55,800 bases of DNA from an uncultured archaeon (GTDB lineage: Archaea > Aenigmatarchaeota > Aenigmatarchaeia > GW2011-AR5), in contig CAYJMB010000001.1 in the NCBI GenBank assembly GCA_964371455.1, positions 1 to 55,800 of the forward strand. The letters run 5' to 3'. The notes beneath the pieces are model-generated. The model saw only the letters and a list, made by a program, of their open reading frames with translations. It was not told the origin of the DNA and did no database searches. Shown one piece after another: positions 54,556-55,800 of the stretch (the first letter of the stretch is position 1; every line of letters starts with the position of its first letter). Made by a program: the position numbers and the translations under genes.

Positions 54556-55635
54556 ATGGATTTGGAAAGAAGAATCGACTTGATAAAGAAACCGCCTACA
54601 GAGGAAATCATTACAGAGCAGGATTTGCGAGCACTTCTGGAAACAAAACAGAGGCCAGCAGCCTATGACGGGTTCGAGCCCAGCGGATTGCTGCACCTCG
54701 GTTCCGGAGTTGTCAGGGCGATAAAAATAAACGACTTCCTCGAAGCAAAAGTAGATTTTATTCTGTGGGTAGCGGACTGGTTTGGTTACATAAATAACAA
54801 GATGGGTGGCGACCTAGAGCTCATAAAAAAAGTAGGGGAGTATTTCATAGAGGGATGGAAAGCCTGTGGCGTTGACATCAAAAGAGTCAAGATACTGTGG
54901 ACAAGCGATGCTGTTAAAGACCCTGACTACTGGAAGGGTGTCATTGATGTTGCCAAGATTGCTACAGTACAGAGAACAATAAGGGCAAGCCCGATAATGG
55001 GGAGAAGCGAGGCCGACATAAAATATACTGCACAGCTTTTCTATCCCATGATGCAGGCATGGGATCCATTTTATTTCAAAGCCGATATATTACAACTCGG
55101 AATGGACCAGAGGCATGCAACGATACTATCCAGGGAATTGGCAGAAAAGCTCGGGCAGACACCAAGAGTTTGTGTGCACCACCACCTGCTTGCGGGCCTG
55201 CAGGGCCCCAAAGGCAGAATGGGGCAAGAGACAGCAACGCTTCAAATAGAGGATAAGATGAGTAAATCGAAGCCGCAGACTGCAATATTCATACATGACA
55301 GCGCAAAGGAAATAGAGGAAAAGATAAACAAGGCATTCTGCCCTGAAAAAACTATTGACGGGAACCCTCTGCTGGAAATCTGGAAATACGTAATTCTGAG
55401 GAAATTTGATTCAAGAACAATCAGCAGACCAGAAAAATTTGGCGGGGATATTGAGATCGCAAATTACCAGGAACTGGAGAATATGTTTAAAGAAGGCAAG
55501 ATTCATCCGTTAGATCTGAAGAAGGAAACATCTATTGCGGTAGATGAAATTTTAAAACCCGTCAGGAAACATTTTGAAAAACCGAAGGCAAAAAAACTCT
55601 ACGAGACTGTGAAGAATGCTCAGGTAACAAGATGA
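54556..55635 (+). CDS. tyrS: Tyrosyl-tRNA synthetase (archaeal type)
   Basis: It has YDGFEPSGLLHLGS (HIGH-type), KMSKSKP, RPEKFGGDIEI and HPLDLK. These align well with my recollection of the M. jannaschii TyrRS sequence. Confidence 0.85.
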   Translation: MDLERRIDLIKKPPTEEIITEQDLRALLETKQRPAAYDGFEPSGLLHLGSGVVRAIKINDFLEAKVDFILWVADWFGYINNKMGGDLELIKKVGEYFIEGWKACGVDIKRVKILWTSDAVKDPDYWKGVIDVAKIATVQRTIRASPIMGRSEADIKYTAQLFYPMMQAWDPFYFKADILQLGMDQRHATILSRELAEKLGQTPRVCVHHHLLAGLQGPKGRMGQETATLQIEDKMSKSKPQTAIFIHDSAKEIEEKINKAFCPEKTIDGNPLLEIWKYVILRKFDSRTISRPEKFGGDIEIANYQELENMFKEGKIHPLDLKKETSIAVDEILKPVRKHFEKPKAKKLYETVKNAQVTR

Positions 55636-55643
55636 AGTCTGCA

Positions 55644-55800
55644 TCAAGAGCTAAAATCGTGTAAGTACTTGTCAAGATTTATTTTGCCGTTTTTTACTTT
55701 GATGCCATCTTTTTTCAGCAACCCAACTTTCTTCTGATACTTTTTGCCAGAGATAACGCGGCTAAAAATCTGACGGAACTGCCTTTTGATGTTATTCGAA
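55644..55800 (-). CDS. 3' end of a gene running off the window (C-terminal 51 codons)
   Basis: Hand translation of the minus strand gives ...NIKRQFRQIFSRVISGKKYQKKVGLLKKDGIKVKNGKINLDKYLHDFSS, with a stop at 55644-55646. The partial sequence does not allow a family call. Confidence 0.3.
   Translation of the reverse strand, partial: SNNIKRQFRQIFSRVISGKKYQKKVGLLKKDGIKVKNGKINLDKYLHDFSS

Noticed and set aside
1-55800. Search for CRISPR arrays, rRNA genes, IS elements or transposases, and integrases.
   Set aside because: I noticed no regularly spaced 25-40 bp direct repeats in any intergenic region, and no rRNA-like stretches. No ORF carries DDE, tyrosine-recombinase or serine-recombinase motifs. 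The only mobile-element signatures are the intein and the nuclease fragment.

Overview
This is a 55.8 kb archaeal chromosome fragment. It is densely coded with many 4-nt ATGA start/stop overlaps, and it looks like a small uncultured (possibly DPANN-like) archaeon, though that placement is inference. Archaeal markers include Orc1/Cdc6, a PolD small-subunit-like protein, family-B DNA polymerase, NAC, the HMG-CoA synthase/thiolase/DUF35 mevalonate trio, SecDF, geranylgeranyl reductase, AglB/STT3, an aCPSF-like beta-CASP RNase, RtcA and an archaeal-type TyrRS.

The left third (1-19.7 kb) is housekeeping. It holds a BlaI/BlaR1-like pair, the mevalonate genes, a probable replication origin with ORB-like repeats upstream of orc1-dp1-polB, a PurF-like gene and SecDF.

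The centre (19.8-48.9 kb) is a ~29 kb, visibly more A/T-rich surface-glycan island. It contains:
- an AglB gene split by a single in-frame TAA, plus a Wzx-type flippase and 2 SDR epimerases
- 3 GT9 (heptosyltransferase-family) and 3 GT2 glycosyltransferases
- 3 radical SAM enzymes (two B12-binding, one SPASM), 3 methyltransferases and a NodB deacetylase
- an alkaline-phosphatase-superfamily enzyme, a stand-alone DUF4346 protein and two sugar-1-P nucleotidyltransferase-type genes
- Ugd and a complete split ADP-heptose pathway (hldA, hldC, gmhA, gmhB)

The most notable items are:
- A class-1 intein sits exactly in the CX3CX2C iron-sulfur motif of one B12-radical SAM enzyme. It carries a Vsr-like nuclease rather than a LAGLIDADG one.
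- A bacterial-LPS-style ADP-heptose/GT9 module is embedded in an AglB-linked archaeal glycan cluster.
- A ribbon-helix-helix domain is fused to a catalytically degenerate sugar nucleotidyltransferase domain, which may act as a sugar-nucleotide-sensing regulator.
- Several gene relics are present.

The right end holds unknown proteins, an MBL hydrolase, RtcA, a beta-CASP RNase, a decayed pseudogene zone and tyrS. I found no rRNA, tRNA or CRISPR array.

All family assignments come from motif reading of the supplied translations. No database search was run.
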